A stretch of DNA of 64,000 nucleotides. It comes from Myxococcota bacterium. GTDB lineage: Bacteria; Myxococcota_A; SURF-8; G963677705. Of the stretch, positions 27,704 to 37,599 are shown piece after piece (within the stretch, counting starts at the first letter, position 1; the number at the start of each line of letters is the position of its first letter). The stretch spans positions 4,458,417 through 4,522,416 of the forward strand of contig OY782497.1 of assembly GCA_963677705.1 (NCBI GenBank). The letters are read 5' to 3'. The translations under genes were made by a program, and so were the position numbers. The notes below the pieces were generated by a model, which worked only from the letters and a program-made list of their open reading frames with translations, was not told the origin of the DNA and searched no databases.

Positions 27704-28669
27704 TTATTTGGCGGCTTTCAGTTTCTCGTGCAGTTCGGGCACCACTTCAAAGAGATCGGCGACCAGGCCGTAGTCGGCCACGCTGAAGATGGGCGCTTCT
27801 TCGTCTTTGTTGATGGCGACGATGGTTTTGGAGTCCTTCATACCGGCCAGGTGCTGGATGGCACCGGACAGACCGATGGCGAAGTACAGTTTCGGGGCGA
27901 CGACCTTACCGGTCTGGCCCACCTGGAATTCGTTCTCCACGAAACCGGCATCCACGACGGCGCGGGTGGCACCCACGGCAGCGCCCAGGCTGTCGGCGAA
28001 GGGATAGATGACTTTCTCAAAGCCTTCGGCGTTCTTCAGGCCACGGCCACCGGATACCACGATGTTGGCTTCGGTCAGCGGCGGACGATCGCTCTTGGCT
28101 TCGTCGAAGGCCACGAATTCTTTCTTCATCGCGGGAAGTTCCACGGCCACGTCTTCCACCGGGCTCTCGCCACCTTTGGGTTGAGCCTGATCGAAGGTGG
28201 TGCGCACGGTGACGACCTTGGCTTCGGTGGTGATTTCCACTTCGGCGTTCAGGTTTCCGGCGAACACGGGGCGGATGAAGCGGCTGTCACTGTTGAGGCC
28301 GATGCAGTCGCTGGCCATTCCAGCGCCGAACTTGGCGGCGACACGCGGCATGACGGCTTTACCCTGGGTGGTGGTCAGGCCGATGCAGGCTTTGGCACCG
28401 GCTTTTTCCGCCACTTGCACGAACGCGGCGGACCACAGTTCGTCCATGTAGTTTTCCAGACCGGCGTCATCGACTTTGTAGATTTTTTCCGCGCCATAGC
28501 CTTTGACGGCATCCACGGCGGCATCCACACCTTTACCGATCACGGCGATACTGTATCCGCAACCCATCTTTTCAGCGAGCTGCATTCCGAAGTTGATTGC
28601 ACCAAGGCTCGGCTTGACCAACGCGCCTTTTTTGTTTTCAGCTAAAATCAATACGGTCATAGCGTTCAA
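27704..28669 (-). CDS. etfA: Electron transfer flavoprotein alpha subunit
   Basis: [46 protein letters not shown]. Confidence 0.97.
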   Translation of the reverse strand: MNAMTVLILAENKKGALVKPSLGAINFGMQLAEKMGCGYSIAVIGKGVDAAVDAVKGYGAEKIYKVDDAGLENYMDELWSAAFVQVAEKAGAKACIGLTTTQGKAVMPRVAAKFGAGMASDCIGLNSDSRFIRPVFAGNLNAEVEITTEAKVVTVRTTFDQAQPKGGESPVEDVAVELPAMKKEFVAFDEAKSDRPPLTEANIVVSGGRGLKNAEGFEKVIYPFADSLGAAVGATRAVVDAGFVENEFQVGQTGKVVAPKLYFAIGLSGAIQHLAGMKDSKTIVAINKDEEAPIFSVADYGLVADLFEVVPELHEKLKAAK

Positions 28670-28702
28670 ACTCCTATGGTTGTCAGAGGGCGACCCCTTC
28701 GA

Positions 28703-29452
28703 TTAAAACACCTTCGCTTCGTTGACCAACTTGTCCACCAAAGTGGCCACGTCGGGAACGATCTGTCCGGCCTGACGCTCCGGAGGAGCGGTGAAGCCAA
28801 GCACTTTGACCTTGGGGGTCATTTCGACGCCGAGGTCCGCGGGGCTCTTTTTGTCGATGGGTTTCTTTTTCGCCTTCATGATGCTGGGCAGTTTGGCGAA
28901 ACGGGGTTCGTTCAAACGCAGATCCGTGGTGATGATGCAGGGAAGTTCCATCTTCACGGTTTCGATACCACCATCCACTTCACGCTTCACGGTGACGCTG
29001 GTGCCTTCCACAGTGACACTGGCAGCATACAACGCTTGGGGATATCCCAGCATTTCAGCGAGGATCGGGCCACCCTGGGCGCAGTCCGTATCGGTGGCTT
29101 GCTTGCCCATGAGAATCAGGTCCGGTTTTTCCGTTTCCACCACTTTGGCCAGCATCTGAGCGGCCAGGTCGCTGTCCACCACCTCATCGGTGACGACATG
29201 CACGCCACGATCCGCGCCCAACGCCATGCAGTGACGGATTTGAGTCTGGGCGTCATCGGGACCGATGCTCACCACGACGATCTCTTCGACATCGCCCTTT
29301 TCGCGGATGCGCAGCGCTTCCTCACAGGCGATTTCATCGAAATAGTTGGGGGCATATTTGATACCGTCGGTCACGATACCGGTGCCGTCTTCGTTCAACT
29401 TGACCTTCAGGTCCGGATCGGGTACCCGCTTGCAGGGAACCAAAATCTTCAT
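28703..29452 (-). CDS. etfB: Electron transfer flavoprotein beta subunit
   Basis: MKILVPCKRVPD, ALGAD, GKQATD, LNEPR..L..IMKAKKK. Confidence 0.97.
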   Translation of the reverse strand: MKILVPCKRVPDPDLKVKLNEDGTGIVTDGIKYAPNYFDEIACEEALRIREKGDVEEIVVVSIGPDDAQTQIRHCMALGADRGVHVVTDEVVDSDLAAQMLAKVVETEKPDLILMGKQATDTDCAQGGPILAEMLGYPQALYAASVTVEGTSVTVKREVDGGIETVKMELPCIITTDLRLNEPRFAKLPSIMKAKKKPIDKKSPADLGVEMTPKVKVLGFTAPPERQAGQIVPDVATLVDKLVNEAKVF

Positions 29453-29609
29453 TAGCCTTGCCTCCTTAGAATGAAAGAGAACACTTATTGGGGCCAACGG
29501 CCCCGTCCACTTGAGAGAAAAACCGCGTCGATGTCTCGACACACGTCCAAGTAAGCTCTACCAAACAACTCAGCGCGGGGAAAAAGTATTTCCCCCGCAG
29601 ACCGAAATG

Positions 29610-30221
29610 TCAAATTTTTAATCCACGAATGACGAAATCCGCCACCTGTTCCTGGATCACGTTCATATCGTATTTGGGCGTTCCACCGCCACGATGGCGG
29701 GAGATGCTCTGAAATACGGTCAACTCATCCAACATGCCAAACAATCCCCGGCAGAAGACTGTTGGTGAGATGGAGGTACGCCATACGCCAAGTTCCTGCC
29801 CTTCCCGAAGGATATTGGCCAGAATCTTGAGGTATTCATTGAATTTCCTGTTTTCATATTCCTTCATGAAATGAGTGCTTTGGCGCAGTTCCACGCTGAT
29901 CACATCCGCCAGGTCCGGGTCCGACTCTGCCAGATGCAGGTGGGCACCGATGTACAAACGGAGTTTCTCGTTAACATCGGTTACGCCTTCCAACTCCACA
30001 TTGAGCCGCCGGATAATCTCATCCATCTTATCTTCAAACAAGGAAATCAGGATGTCATCCTTGTTTTTGAAGTAAAGGTAGATGGTGCCGTCGGCCACCT
30101 TGGCTTCTTTCGCCACTTGACTGACTTTGGAGGCATAAAACCCGTTACGGGCGAAAACCCGGATGGCGGCGTTCAGAATACGCTTATACTTCTCACTGCC
30201 TTTTTGCGGTTTGGTGGACAT
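29610..30221 (-). CDS. fadR: TetR family fatty-acid degradation regulator (Bacillus FadR/YsiA-like)
   Basis: VADGTIYLYFKNKDDILISLF, ELRQS; upstream of etfBA. Confidence 0.8.
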   Translation of the reverse strand: MSTKPQKGSEKYKRILNAAIRVFARNGFYASKVSQVAKEAKVADGTIYLYFKNKDDILISLFEDKMDEIIRRLNVELEGVTDVNEKLRLYIGAHLHLAESDPDLADVISVELRQSTHFMKEYENRKFNEYLKILANILREGQELGVWRTSISPTVFCRGLFGMLDELTVFQSISRHRGGGTPKYDMNVIQEQVADFVIRGLKI

Positions 30222-30285
30222 CGTCTACTTCCATGTCAAGATGAACGAAGCGAATCGTACCAGGTTCTACAGGAAAAAACAAAAC

Positions 30286-30303
30286 TGAATGACACGTCAT
30301 TCA
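30286..30303. promoter_or_regulatory. FadR(YsiA)-type operator
   Basis: Palindrome TGAATGA-CACG-TCATTCA just downstream of a minus-strand TTGACA-N17-TACTTC promoter (30316-30344). Confidence 0.8.
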
Positions 30304-30393
30304 TACAAAGAATAAGAAGTAGCACAGCCTTCTGTCACTGTCAAGTTGCTTGGAAAACAAGAAAAGCGGCAAGCTTGATGATTCCCGGCTTCG

Positions 30394-31602
30394 CTATGGT
30401 TTTTGAGTGCGTAGGTGCAGAAGCCAGAAGATCAAACAGAACAGTCCGGTAACGAAGTACATGGTTCCCAGGGCAACGACGAAGCTTTCCCATTCTTGAG
30501 AAATCAGGATCATGCCCAGGCTGCCGCCCACGGTGCCGGAAAAGCCGATCAGCGAGGCCACCGAACCGGTATCGCCTTCATGTTGAGACAGCATCAGGCT
30601 GGCGCTCGGTGGACGTAAAAACGCGACGCTCGCCGTTCCGGGGATGATGGACAGAAGGAACCACCACGGAGCCTGCGCGCCCAAGGTCACCAGCAACAGC
30701 CCGGAAAGTACCAGCGTGAGCAAGCCGAGAGTGACCAGGTGCAGCCTGTTGAATCTGGCTGACAGGTGCAGGTAGATCCACGGCGCGATGAGGGATGCTA
30801 CGGCGTTGGCGCTGAAATAGAAGCTGAATTCCTGTTTGGATAGACCAAAGCCATCTTGGTAGATGAACGCTGCGCTGGCAATGTAGGCCATCATCGGAAT
30901 CATCATCGGTGTGAAGATCAACAAAAGGCGCAGCAAGCCGGGATGCTTGAGCAGAGTTCCCAAACGGAGCCACACCCGAAGGACAGAAACCTCCCGGTTT
31001 TTCTCTGCCGTTTCCTGTAAGGCCAACCCCCATAAAAACGCTACGGCTCCGGCTCCGGCGAGGCACCAGAAAATCCCGCGCCAAGACATCACCTGAAGCA
31101 ACAAGGCTCCAAGGATGGGGGCGATGATTGGGGCTAGCACGCCGAGGGTTTGAATCCAGGTCAGGGCTTTTTCCCTGTTCCGCTCATCATACACATCTTT
31201 GACAATGGCCATTGCGATGGAGGGAGCCGCAGCACCCCCGAAGGCTTGAACGCCGCGCATGAGGATCAACATCTCGACATTGAAGGCCAGGGCGCATCCA
31301 ACACCGGCCAAACCATACATCGCCAACCCGACCAGCAATGTCGGCTTGCGACCGTATTTATCGGAGAGCGGCCCCCAGAACAGGGTTCCCAGCCCGAAGA
31401 AGGCAAAGAAGATGGTCAGGGTGAGGTTGATCTGGGAAACGGGGGCGTCGAATGCCTGGGCCATGCCCGGCAAGGCGGGTAGGTAGAGGTCCGTCGAAAG
31501 AGGAACGAAGGACGACAAGTAGCCTAGAAAGCCAATGATCCATGCCTGGCGGGCGGTGCGCGATGATACCTGGAGCGTGTCCGAGGTGAGAGAACTTGTC
31601 AT
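30394..31602 (-). CDS. Bcr/CflA family MFS efflux transporter
   Basis: STDLYLPALP, SDKYGRKP, 12 TM. Confidence 0.9.
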   Translation of the reverse strand: MTSSLTSDTLQVSSRTARQAWIIGFLGYLSSFVPLSTDLYLPALPGMAQAFDAPVSQINLTLTIFFAFFGLGTLFWGPLSDKYGRKPTLLVGLAMYGLAGVGCALAFNVEMLILMRGVQAFGGAAAPSIAMAIVKDVYDERNREKALTWIQTLGVLAPIIAPILGALLLQVMSWRGIFWCLAGAGAVAFLWGLALQETAEKNREVSVLRVWLRLGTLLKHPGLLRLLLIFTPMMIPMMAYIASAAFIYQDGFGLSKQEFSFYFSANAVASLIAPWIYLHLSARFNRLHLVTLGLLTLVLSGLLLVTLGAQAPWWFLLSIIPGTASVAFLRPPSASLMLSQHEGDTGSVASLIGFSGTVGGSLGMILISQEWESFVVALGTMYFVTGLFCLIFWLLHLRTQKP

Positions 31603-31707
31603 GGGTGCGGTGAACTCCTGCCGGGATGGCGGCTACAACATGAGACAAACAGAGTGCATATCCGTGAGCATATCTCCCGATCACTCCAAAAAAACAACCC
31701 CACCTAT

Positions 31708-33546
31708 TTAGGAGAAACGAAGCGCTTTGGCAAATGCTGTTTTGAAAAAGGCTTTGTTGGAAAGTTCCAGATAGCGCGCCTTGGAGGCAATCTCTGTGGC
31801 GCGTCTGCGGTAGTGGTGATCGTTGAGCAGATGACGTGCCCCTGCGCCTGCGGCGTTGCCAAGTTGTTTGTAGGTCGCCGTGTGGCAATCCGGCACCAGA
31901 CCGATACGCCGTGCGCTGGCCACATCAATGTGACTGCCGAAGGAACCGGCAAGCAGGACTTCATCCAGGTCTTCTGCAAGGATTCCGGCTTCTTGAAGTA
32001 AGGAAGTCGCAGCGGCGTGAATGGCCGCTTTGGCCAATTGAATCTGGCTGATGTCTTTCTGTGTCAGAAGAATCGCTTGACCGTGGGCGCTGTTCTCCGC
32101 ATTGACCAAGGCCACGGCGGGCATCTTGTTGCTCAGCAGAACTTTCGGCTGGTCACGGTTCAGATGACCTCGGTCGTTGATCCATCCCTGATTCAAAAGC
32201 TGAGCCAGGGCATCAATGGACCCGGAACCGCAGAGGCCCGCCGCCGGGGAACCATCCACCGTTTCGGAACAGAGCGTTCCCTGCTCGTCGAAAACCACGC
32301 GGGAAATGGCCCCGGAAAGCGCCCGCATTCCCGAACTCAGATGGGCGCCTTCAAACGTCGGCCCGGAAGGGGCGGAGGTGATGAACAGCTCGCCGTCAGG
32401 GGTAGAGAGAACCAGTTCCGTGTTCGTTCCGATGTCCAAACCCAGGCGCAGACCTGCGGGCTTGTCCAAGTCCGCACCAAGGATCATTGCTACGTTATCC
32501 GCACCGACATACCCGCCGATGGAGGGAGGCAGGTGAACGAAGGCACCGGGGGCGAGATCCAAACCCAACTCACGGGCTTTGATGTCCAAGGCCTGATCCA
32601 TGCAGGCGACAAAGGGCGGTGCGCCCAGTTGTTTCAAAGGGAGATCTGCGTAAAGGTGGCTCATTACCGTATTGCCGACAAAGCAGGCTTCGGCTACGTG
32701 ATGACTTGAAACACCGGCTTGGGTAACCAGGTCTTCAACCAGATCCTGGATGGCCGAGCGGATCATTCCCACCAGACGTTGATGGCTTGGCTCGTCGCTG
32801 ATCGCTTTCTGCAAACGGGTGACCACATCTGCCCCGTAGGAAATCTGTGGGTTGACCCGTCCCCGTGAGGCGAGGATTGTTCCTTCCTTCAAGTCAATCA
32901 GATAGGCAGCCAGTTTGGTGGAGCCGATGTCCACGGCCAGACCCAAGGGGGCTTTGTCGCGTTCGGCTAAGCCTATCAGTTCCTCACCGCGCATCAAACC
33001 GCCTAGTTGCCAATCCATGCTGCGAGCGTTCAGGGAAAGCGCACGGGCTACGGTGTAATCTGCATACGGATGCTTGCAGGAAGAAAGGGATGGGGAATCC
33101 TCCAGAATCCGGGTGACATCCGCACGGGAGTCTTCCAGGCTGGGAGTCCGGGCCTGCAAATCGAGCGAGCGTATCACCGGCTCCTCAAAATGAAGGCTTG
33201 TCAAGTCACGCTCATCCAGCAACCAGCTTTCCGCCCCGGCATCCAGTTTGCGAGGCAATTCCACTACGCAGTCACCAAGCACCTGGACCCTGCACGCCAG
33301 CCGTTCGCCCTCATTGAGTTGACCGGAAGCCTTCAGGCGTTGTTCTGCATCGTCCAAGGGTGTCAGTTCTCCCTCAATGCGCACCCGGCAGCTTCCACAG
33401 ACACCATGACCTCCGCAATCCAACGTCAGCATGAACCCGGCCTGGATGAGTGCATCGCTAAGCAAGGTGCCTTGCGCAACCTGGAGACTTTGCTCCATTG
33501 GTTGAACAAGAACCGTAACCGCTGGTGAACCTGTCTGTTTGTTCAT
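31708..33546 (-). CDS. ATP-dependent reductive activator of corrinoid proteins (RACo; ASKHA, DUF4445)
   Basis: N-terminal [2Fe-2S] CGGHGVCGSC...RLAC; DIGSTK, DIGTNTE, GPTFEG, LAKAAI, LAGSFG, GNAAG. Confidence 0.92.
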   Translation of the reverse strand: MNKQTGSPAVTVLVQPMEQSLQVAQGTLLSDALIQAGFMLTLDCGGHGVCGSCRVRIEGELTPLDDAEQRLKASGQLNEGERLACRVQVLGDCVVELPRKLDAGAESWLLDERDLTSLHFEEPVIRSLDLQARTPSLEDSRADVTRILEDSPSLSSCKHPYADYTVARALSLNARSMDWQLGGLMRGEELIGLAERDKAPLGLAVDIGSTKLAAYLIDLKEGTILASRGRVNPQISYGADVVTRLQKAISDEPSHQRLVGMIRSAIQDLVEDLVTQAGVSSHHVAEACFVGNTVMSHLYADLPLKQLGAPPFVACMDQALDIKARELGLDLAPGAFVHLPPSIGGYVGADNVAMILGADLDKPAGLRLGLDIGTNTELVLSTPDGELFITSAPSGPTFEGAHLSSGMRALSGAISRVVFDEQGTLCSETVDGSPAAGLCGSGSIDALAQLLNQGWINDRGHLNRDQPKVLLSNKMPAVALVNAENSAHGQAILLTQKDISQIQLAKAAIHAAATSLLQEAGILAEDLDEVLLAGSFGSHIDVASARRIGLVPDCHTATYKQLGNAAGAGARHLLNDHHYRRRATEIASKARYLELSNKAFFKTAFAKALRFS

Positions 33547-33631
33547 GGTCGCTCCCTTTCGTGAAGATGGATCGAGTCTCCAGGAATGCTTTCACATTCG
33601 CGATGCAAAAACAAGCCGGTCAAAAGCAAAG

Positions 33632-33663
33632 ACGGAGCGGTCGCCTAGTATCGACCGCTCCGT
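33632..33663 (-). terminator. Stem-loop between MT1 and RACo genes
   Basis: ACGGAGCGGTCG...CGACCGCTCCGT followed by a T-rich tract on the minus strand. Confidence 0.6.
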
Positions 33664-33765
33664 GGGACAGAAACATCTACCTTGGGTGCTGCGTGGGGTC
33701 CGATGTCCTCACACCGGATTTTCCAAGGAAGAATGAAATGCTCTCACGCACATGATTCCGTCCGA

Positions 33766-35097
33766 TCAGTAAATTCCGTGTTCCAACCCGGCATCGACAA
33801 AGGCTTTCAGCGTATCGTGTTTGCCTTCGTCCATTGCGCAACCAATACTCAGAATATACCCGCAGTCGCCTTTGGCCGTATCAATCAGCTTCTTGGTTTC
33901 TTCTTTCACCTTCTCGACGGTTCCCGTGAGAATCAGGGAGATGGGCATTCCGCCACCGATACAGACTTTACCGCCCAGCACGTCGCGGGCCTTGGCCATA
34001 TCGGTACGGTCGAAGAGATAGAAGCTGCGGATATCGCTGGTATCGGTCAGATAATCCAGGCGTTGGTTGTATCCACCTTCCACGAAGCAGGCCGGGATGC
34101 AGCCGGCTTCCGCCAGACCGTGCATCACCTTGTTCAAGGTCGGCCAGTAGAAGGTCTTGAATTGCTCGTCGCTCATGAAGCCGTCGGCACCCTTATGCAA
34201 AGGAATGAAGACGATGGGGTTGCCGTTGTCCATTGCGCCACGGATACCCAAGTCAATCATCGGTTTGGTCAGACGATCGACGGCGGCCAGGACTTTGTCC
34301 GGTTTCCGATACATGTCCATCATCAACTGGGTGGTTCCACGGAAGGAATCGCTCAGCACGTCGAAGGGGGCTTTGGTGAATCCGCCCGCGCCGAAGGGGG
34401 TTCCTTCCGCCATGATCCGGCCCATCCAGGGAACCAGTTTGTTGATCCATTCAAAGCTGTGTTTACCGGCTTCCATCAGGGCTTTCATCGCTTCCTGCAT
34501 CGGAGGCGTTCCCATGCCCACCAGCCAGGGGCCGAACATGGCCATCTCCATTGAGCCGTAAATGGGCCACATGCTGGCCAAGGGCGCGAGGGCCATGTGG
34601 GTTTTGGGCATCCAGCCGCGTAGCCAGTAGTCGGTGGGATCGGAGATCAGCCAGTCGTATTCGTCCGGCTTCATGTATTCTTTTTCATGGAACTGGTAGG
34701 ACAGGTTTTCATCCACTCCATGACCGGGCCATTTGTACAGTTTGTAATCCAAGGCTTCCAGAGCCGGGCCGTACATCAACATCGGCGCAGAGCCGGCGGT
34801 ATCCGGTTGATAGGTTTTGGCAAAGTCGTAATAGGCTTTTCCGGCGGCGTCCGGATCATACATCGCCTGCTTCCCCGACATCCCGGCCATCTGTGTCGGC
34901 GCGAAGGTGGTCAGGGGCATGATGGGCACACGTTTGATGTCTTTGTCCAGGCGGAAGGCCTTGGCAATCAGCGTAGTGCGTTCCTGATATTTGGCTTTCG
35001 CATCGTCGTCCACAAAGGGGACGCCTTCAGCAGCGATCCATTTGTCCAGAAAAGCGTCTTGGCGTTCGATCACGGTCTGTTTATCGTTTCCGCTCAT
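33766..35097 (-). CDS. UroD/MtaA-superfamily substrate:corrinoid methyltransferase (MT1)
   Basis: PFDVLSDSFRG, PLHKGADGFMSDEQFKTFYWP, FVEG, FDRTDM, GGMP, GYILSIGC; flanked by corrinoid genes. Confidence 0.8.
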   Translation of the reverse strand: MSGNDKQTVIERQDAFLDKWIAAEGVPFVDDDAKAKYQERTTLIAKAFRLDKDIKRVPIMPLTTFAPTQMAGMSGKQAMYDPDAAGKAYYDFAKTYQPDTAGSAPMLMYGPALEALDYKLYKWPGHGVDENLSYQFHEKEYMKPDEYDWLISDPTDYWLRGWMPKTHMALAPLASMWPIYGSMEMAMFGPWLVGMGTPPMQEAMKALMEAGKHSFEWINKLVPWMGRIMAEGTPFGAGGFTKAPFDVLSDSFRGTTQLMMDMYRKPDKVLAAVDRLTKPMIDLGIRGAMDNGNPIVFIPLHKGADGFMSDEQFKTFYWPTLNKVMHGLAEAGCIPACFVEGGYNQRLDYLTDTSDIRSFYLFDRTDMAKARDVLGGKVCIGGGMPISLILTGTVEKVKEETKKLIDTAKGDCGYILSIGCAMDEGKHDTLKAFVDAGLEHGIY

Positions 35098-35140
35098 GAG
35101 TTCCTCCTCACGGTTGGTGGCTGAAAACAGCCGTTTACGG

Positions 35141-35782
35141 TTAGCTCAGCCAGCCTTTGACCACGTTGACACCTTCAACCGCATCGGTGGTAAAGGCATC
35201 CGCGCCGACATGCTCACAGACGTGATCGTCCATCTGACCGCCGCCGATCATCACTTTGATCTTGTCACGCAAGCCTCGTTCCTTCAGTTTTTCCACCACT
35301 TGCTTCATCGGATCGAAGGCCAGGGTCAACAGACCCGACAGCCCGATCACCTGGGCGTCAAAGGCAATCGCTTCATCAATGATGGTGTCCACCGGCACAT
35401 CCACGCCGATGTCTTTGACATCCAGGCCGTTGAGTTCCATCAGGGTGGTCACGATGTTTTTGCCGATGTCGTGGATGTCGCCTTCAACGGTGGCGATCAG
35501 CACGCGGCCCGCTTTCTTCTGGGTTTCTTCCTTGGAATCTTCAACCATGTGAGGTTTGAGAATGTCGATTCCCGCCTTCATCATTTCACCGGACATAATC
35601 AGTTCGGGAATGAAGTAGATCTGCTTTTCAAAGCGTTTTCCCACTTCACCCAGGGCATCCTGGTAGCACTCGAAGATGTCCATTGCCGGAGTTCCGTCGT
35701 CCAGGTGCTTGTTGGTCAGCTCCAGGGCGCTTTCCTCTTGCATCTCGACAATCGCCTCGAACAAGTTTTTCAAGTCAGCCAT
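35141..35782 (-). CDS. Corrinoid (cobalamin-binding) methyl-carrier protein
   Basis: B12 cap domain (FIPELIMSGE) and GDIHDIGKN, SGLLT, GGG motifs. Confidence 0.93.
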   Translation of the reverse strand: MADLKNLFEAIVEMQEESALELTNKHLDDGTPAMDIFECYQDALGEVGKRFEKQIYFIPELIMSGEMMKAGIDILKPHMVEDSKEETQKKAGRVLIATVEGDIHDIGKNIVTTLMELNGLDVKDIGVDVPVDTIIDEAIAFDAQVIGLSGLLTLAFDPMKQVVEKLKERGLRDKIKVMIGGGQMDDHVCEHVGADAFTTDAVEGVNVVKGWLS

Positions 35783-35859
35783 AAGTCTCTCCCTTCTGCT
35801 GTTGGTAGCCCATGACCCGACATCCCATCATCAAGCCATGCGCTGTGCTATGAAACGAT

Positions 35860-36666
35860 CTAATCTTGGGGGCCAATCTGCTTGGAGCGGAAGGCCCGGT
35901 TGAATTTCTGGCAGTATTTATCCCGCGCTACCAGCATCTCGGCAGCCAGCATCATGGCTTTCAAGTTGCGGTCGTTGGGGTTGATGATTGCGCTGTCCAG
36001 TCCCACCTGAATACACATGGACATGAAGGTCTGGTTGATCAGGGAGCGCAGGGGCATCCCGAAGGAGATGTTGCTCAACCCGCAGGTGATGTGGATCTCC
36101 GGGTAGGTTTCGCGGATTTCCTTGATGGCGTCATAGGTGATCATCGCGTTTTTATCGCCGGTGCTGATGGTGGTAACCAGCGGGTCCACATAGAGTTGGT
36201 TTTCCTCCAGGCCGCCTTCTTTCGCCATCGTTACCAGGCGATGGACGATCTCCATCCGGCCTTCGCAGGTGGTGGGAATGCCCGTGGTGTCATCCAGAGC
36301 CAGAAGGATCAGTCCGGTTTTATTTTCCAGAGCCAGGGGAAGAACGCCCTCGATACGGCTTTTCTCTCCGGAAACGGAATTGATCAACGGGGTTTTCTTG
36401 ACCAGAGCCAGGCCGGCTTTCAAGGCTTCGGGATTGGCGCTGTCCAGACAAAGGGGCGTTTCCGTCACGCTCTGGACGGTTTCCACCAACCAGGCCATAT
36501 CCTCCGGTTCACGATCCGGAGTGGTTCCGGCATTGATGTCCAGGTAGGCGCTTCCGGCTTCAGCCTGGGCCAAGGCGAGATTTTGAATGAATTCGGCGTC
36601 GCGTTCTCGAACGGCGGCTCCAACAGCTTTGCGGGTTCCGTTGATTTTTTCTGCGATGACGATCAT
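35860..36666 (-). CDS. Methylcorrinoid:tetrahydrofolate methyltransferase (AcsE/MT2-like, pterin-binding)
   Basis: IAEKING, LDINAG, LCLDS, INSVSGE, DPLV, GLSNISFGMP, DSAI. Confidence 0.9.
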   Translation of the reverse strand: MIVIAEKINGTRKAVGAAVRERDAEFIQNLALAQAEAGSAYLDINAGTTPDREPEDMAWLVETVQSVTETPLCLDSANPEALKAGLALVKKTPLINSVSGEKSRIEGVLPLALENKTGLILLALDDTTGIPTTCEGRMEIVHRLVTMAKEGGLEENQLYVDPLVTTISTGDKNAMITYDAIKEIRETYPEIHITCGLSNISFGMPLRSLINQTFMSMCIQVGLDSAIINPNDRNLKAMMLAAEMLVARDKYCQKFNRAFRSKQIGPQD

Positions 36667-36680
36667 GATTCGCTCCTTGC

Positions 36681-37331
36681 TTAGAAAAAGGGCACGGGGT
36701 TTCCCGGCTCCAAAACAATAAATTCATCAGGGTTCCAAGGGCCGAACAGCAGGTGCTTGACAAGGTTCAGATCCTTGGCGATACGCTCAAAGGTCATGTC
36801 ATATTTTGCCGCCATGTCTTGGCAGTAAGCCACGGCCTCCGGCTTGTCACGGTCCTGTTGGAACAGAACCAGACGGTCGTAGTGCTTCAAGGTCATCTGC
36901 ACGATTCGATCATGATACTTCTCTGGAACCCGGCCCAAGTCTTTATATAGCTGCTTAAAGATGTCTAATTCCGTGTCCAACCAACTCTGTTCCAACCAGT
37001 ACCTGCCGGAATGATCTTTCAACGATTGCTTGTGTCGTTCCCGTGACCCCAGAAGAACCCCGACACAATCGTCCACTTTGGGTAAAACCAAGCGACTTTG
37101 TTTGGAAAACACGCCTTCCAACGCCCGGCCACAAAGACCGTAGCCAAGAAGGATGGTTGTATCGGGGGCTTCCAGATCGGCGATGGTTTCCAGCAGGGCG
37201 TTGCGCAGCCGTTCGGGGTGTAGATGGAGAGCGATGTCCAGCACTGTGAGTTCCGTATCCTCACCGAGAATCTGTTCAAGGGTGGGGGCCAAGGATCGGC
37301 AACAAATGATTTGATGTGGAAACGTACTCAT
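36681..37331 (-). CDS. DUF1638 domain protein
   Basis: LHLHPERLR, LGYGLCG, DDCVGVLLG; start set at ATG 37331 (GGAG RBS). Confidence 0.82.
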   Translation of the reverse strand: MSTFPHQIICCRSLAPTLEQILGEDTELTVLDIALHLHPERLRNALLETIADLEAPDTTILLGYGLCGRALEGVFSKQSRLVLPKVDDCVGVLLGSRERHKQSLKDHSGRYWLEQSWLDTELDIFKQLYKDLGRVPEKYHDRIVQMTLKHYDRLVLFQQDRDKPEAVAYCQDMAAKYDMTFERIAKDLNLVKHLLFGPWNPDEFIVLEPGNPVPFF

Positions 37332-37358
37332 CAAGCAGCTCCATGAAATCTCGCTCAC

Positions 37359-37393
37359 CCTCTATATGTACACTAGTCTTATAGAGGAGTCAA
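37359..37393 (-). promoter_or_regulatory. Putative sigma70 promoter overlapped by an inverted repeat (candidate GntR operator)
   Basis: TTGACT-N17-TACATA on minus strand; CCTCTATA-N13-TATAGAGG. Confidence 0.5.
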
Positions 37394-37599
37394 GAGAAAA
37401 AGTGAAGCCCGTTAGGGTTTCATAAGAAAATCATTGTAAAAACAGTTATTTAACAAGATCTGGATCCAATGCTTTCTCTCTTCCGTTGAGGTTCACTCGA
37501 AGGAAACCTGGCAACCGTTCCGGCAAGAGGTAACCAAAGGATCGCAATCGTGAGGAAAAACCTGAGCTTTTGGTTGCATCTTGCACCAGAAAAGCGGGC

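Noticed and set aside
33766-35097. True uroporphyrinogen decarboxylase (hemE)
   Set aside because: No RQAGR motif; context is corrinoid methyl transfer
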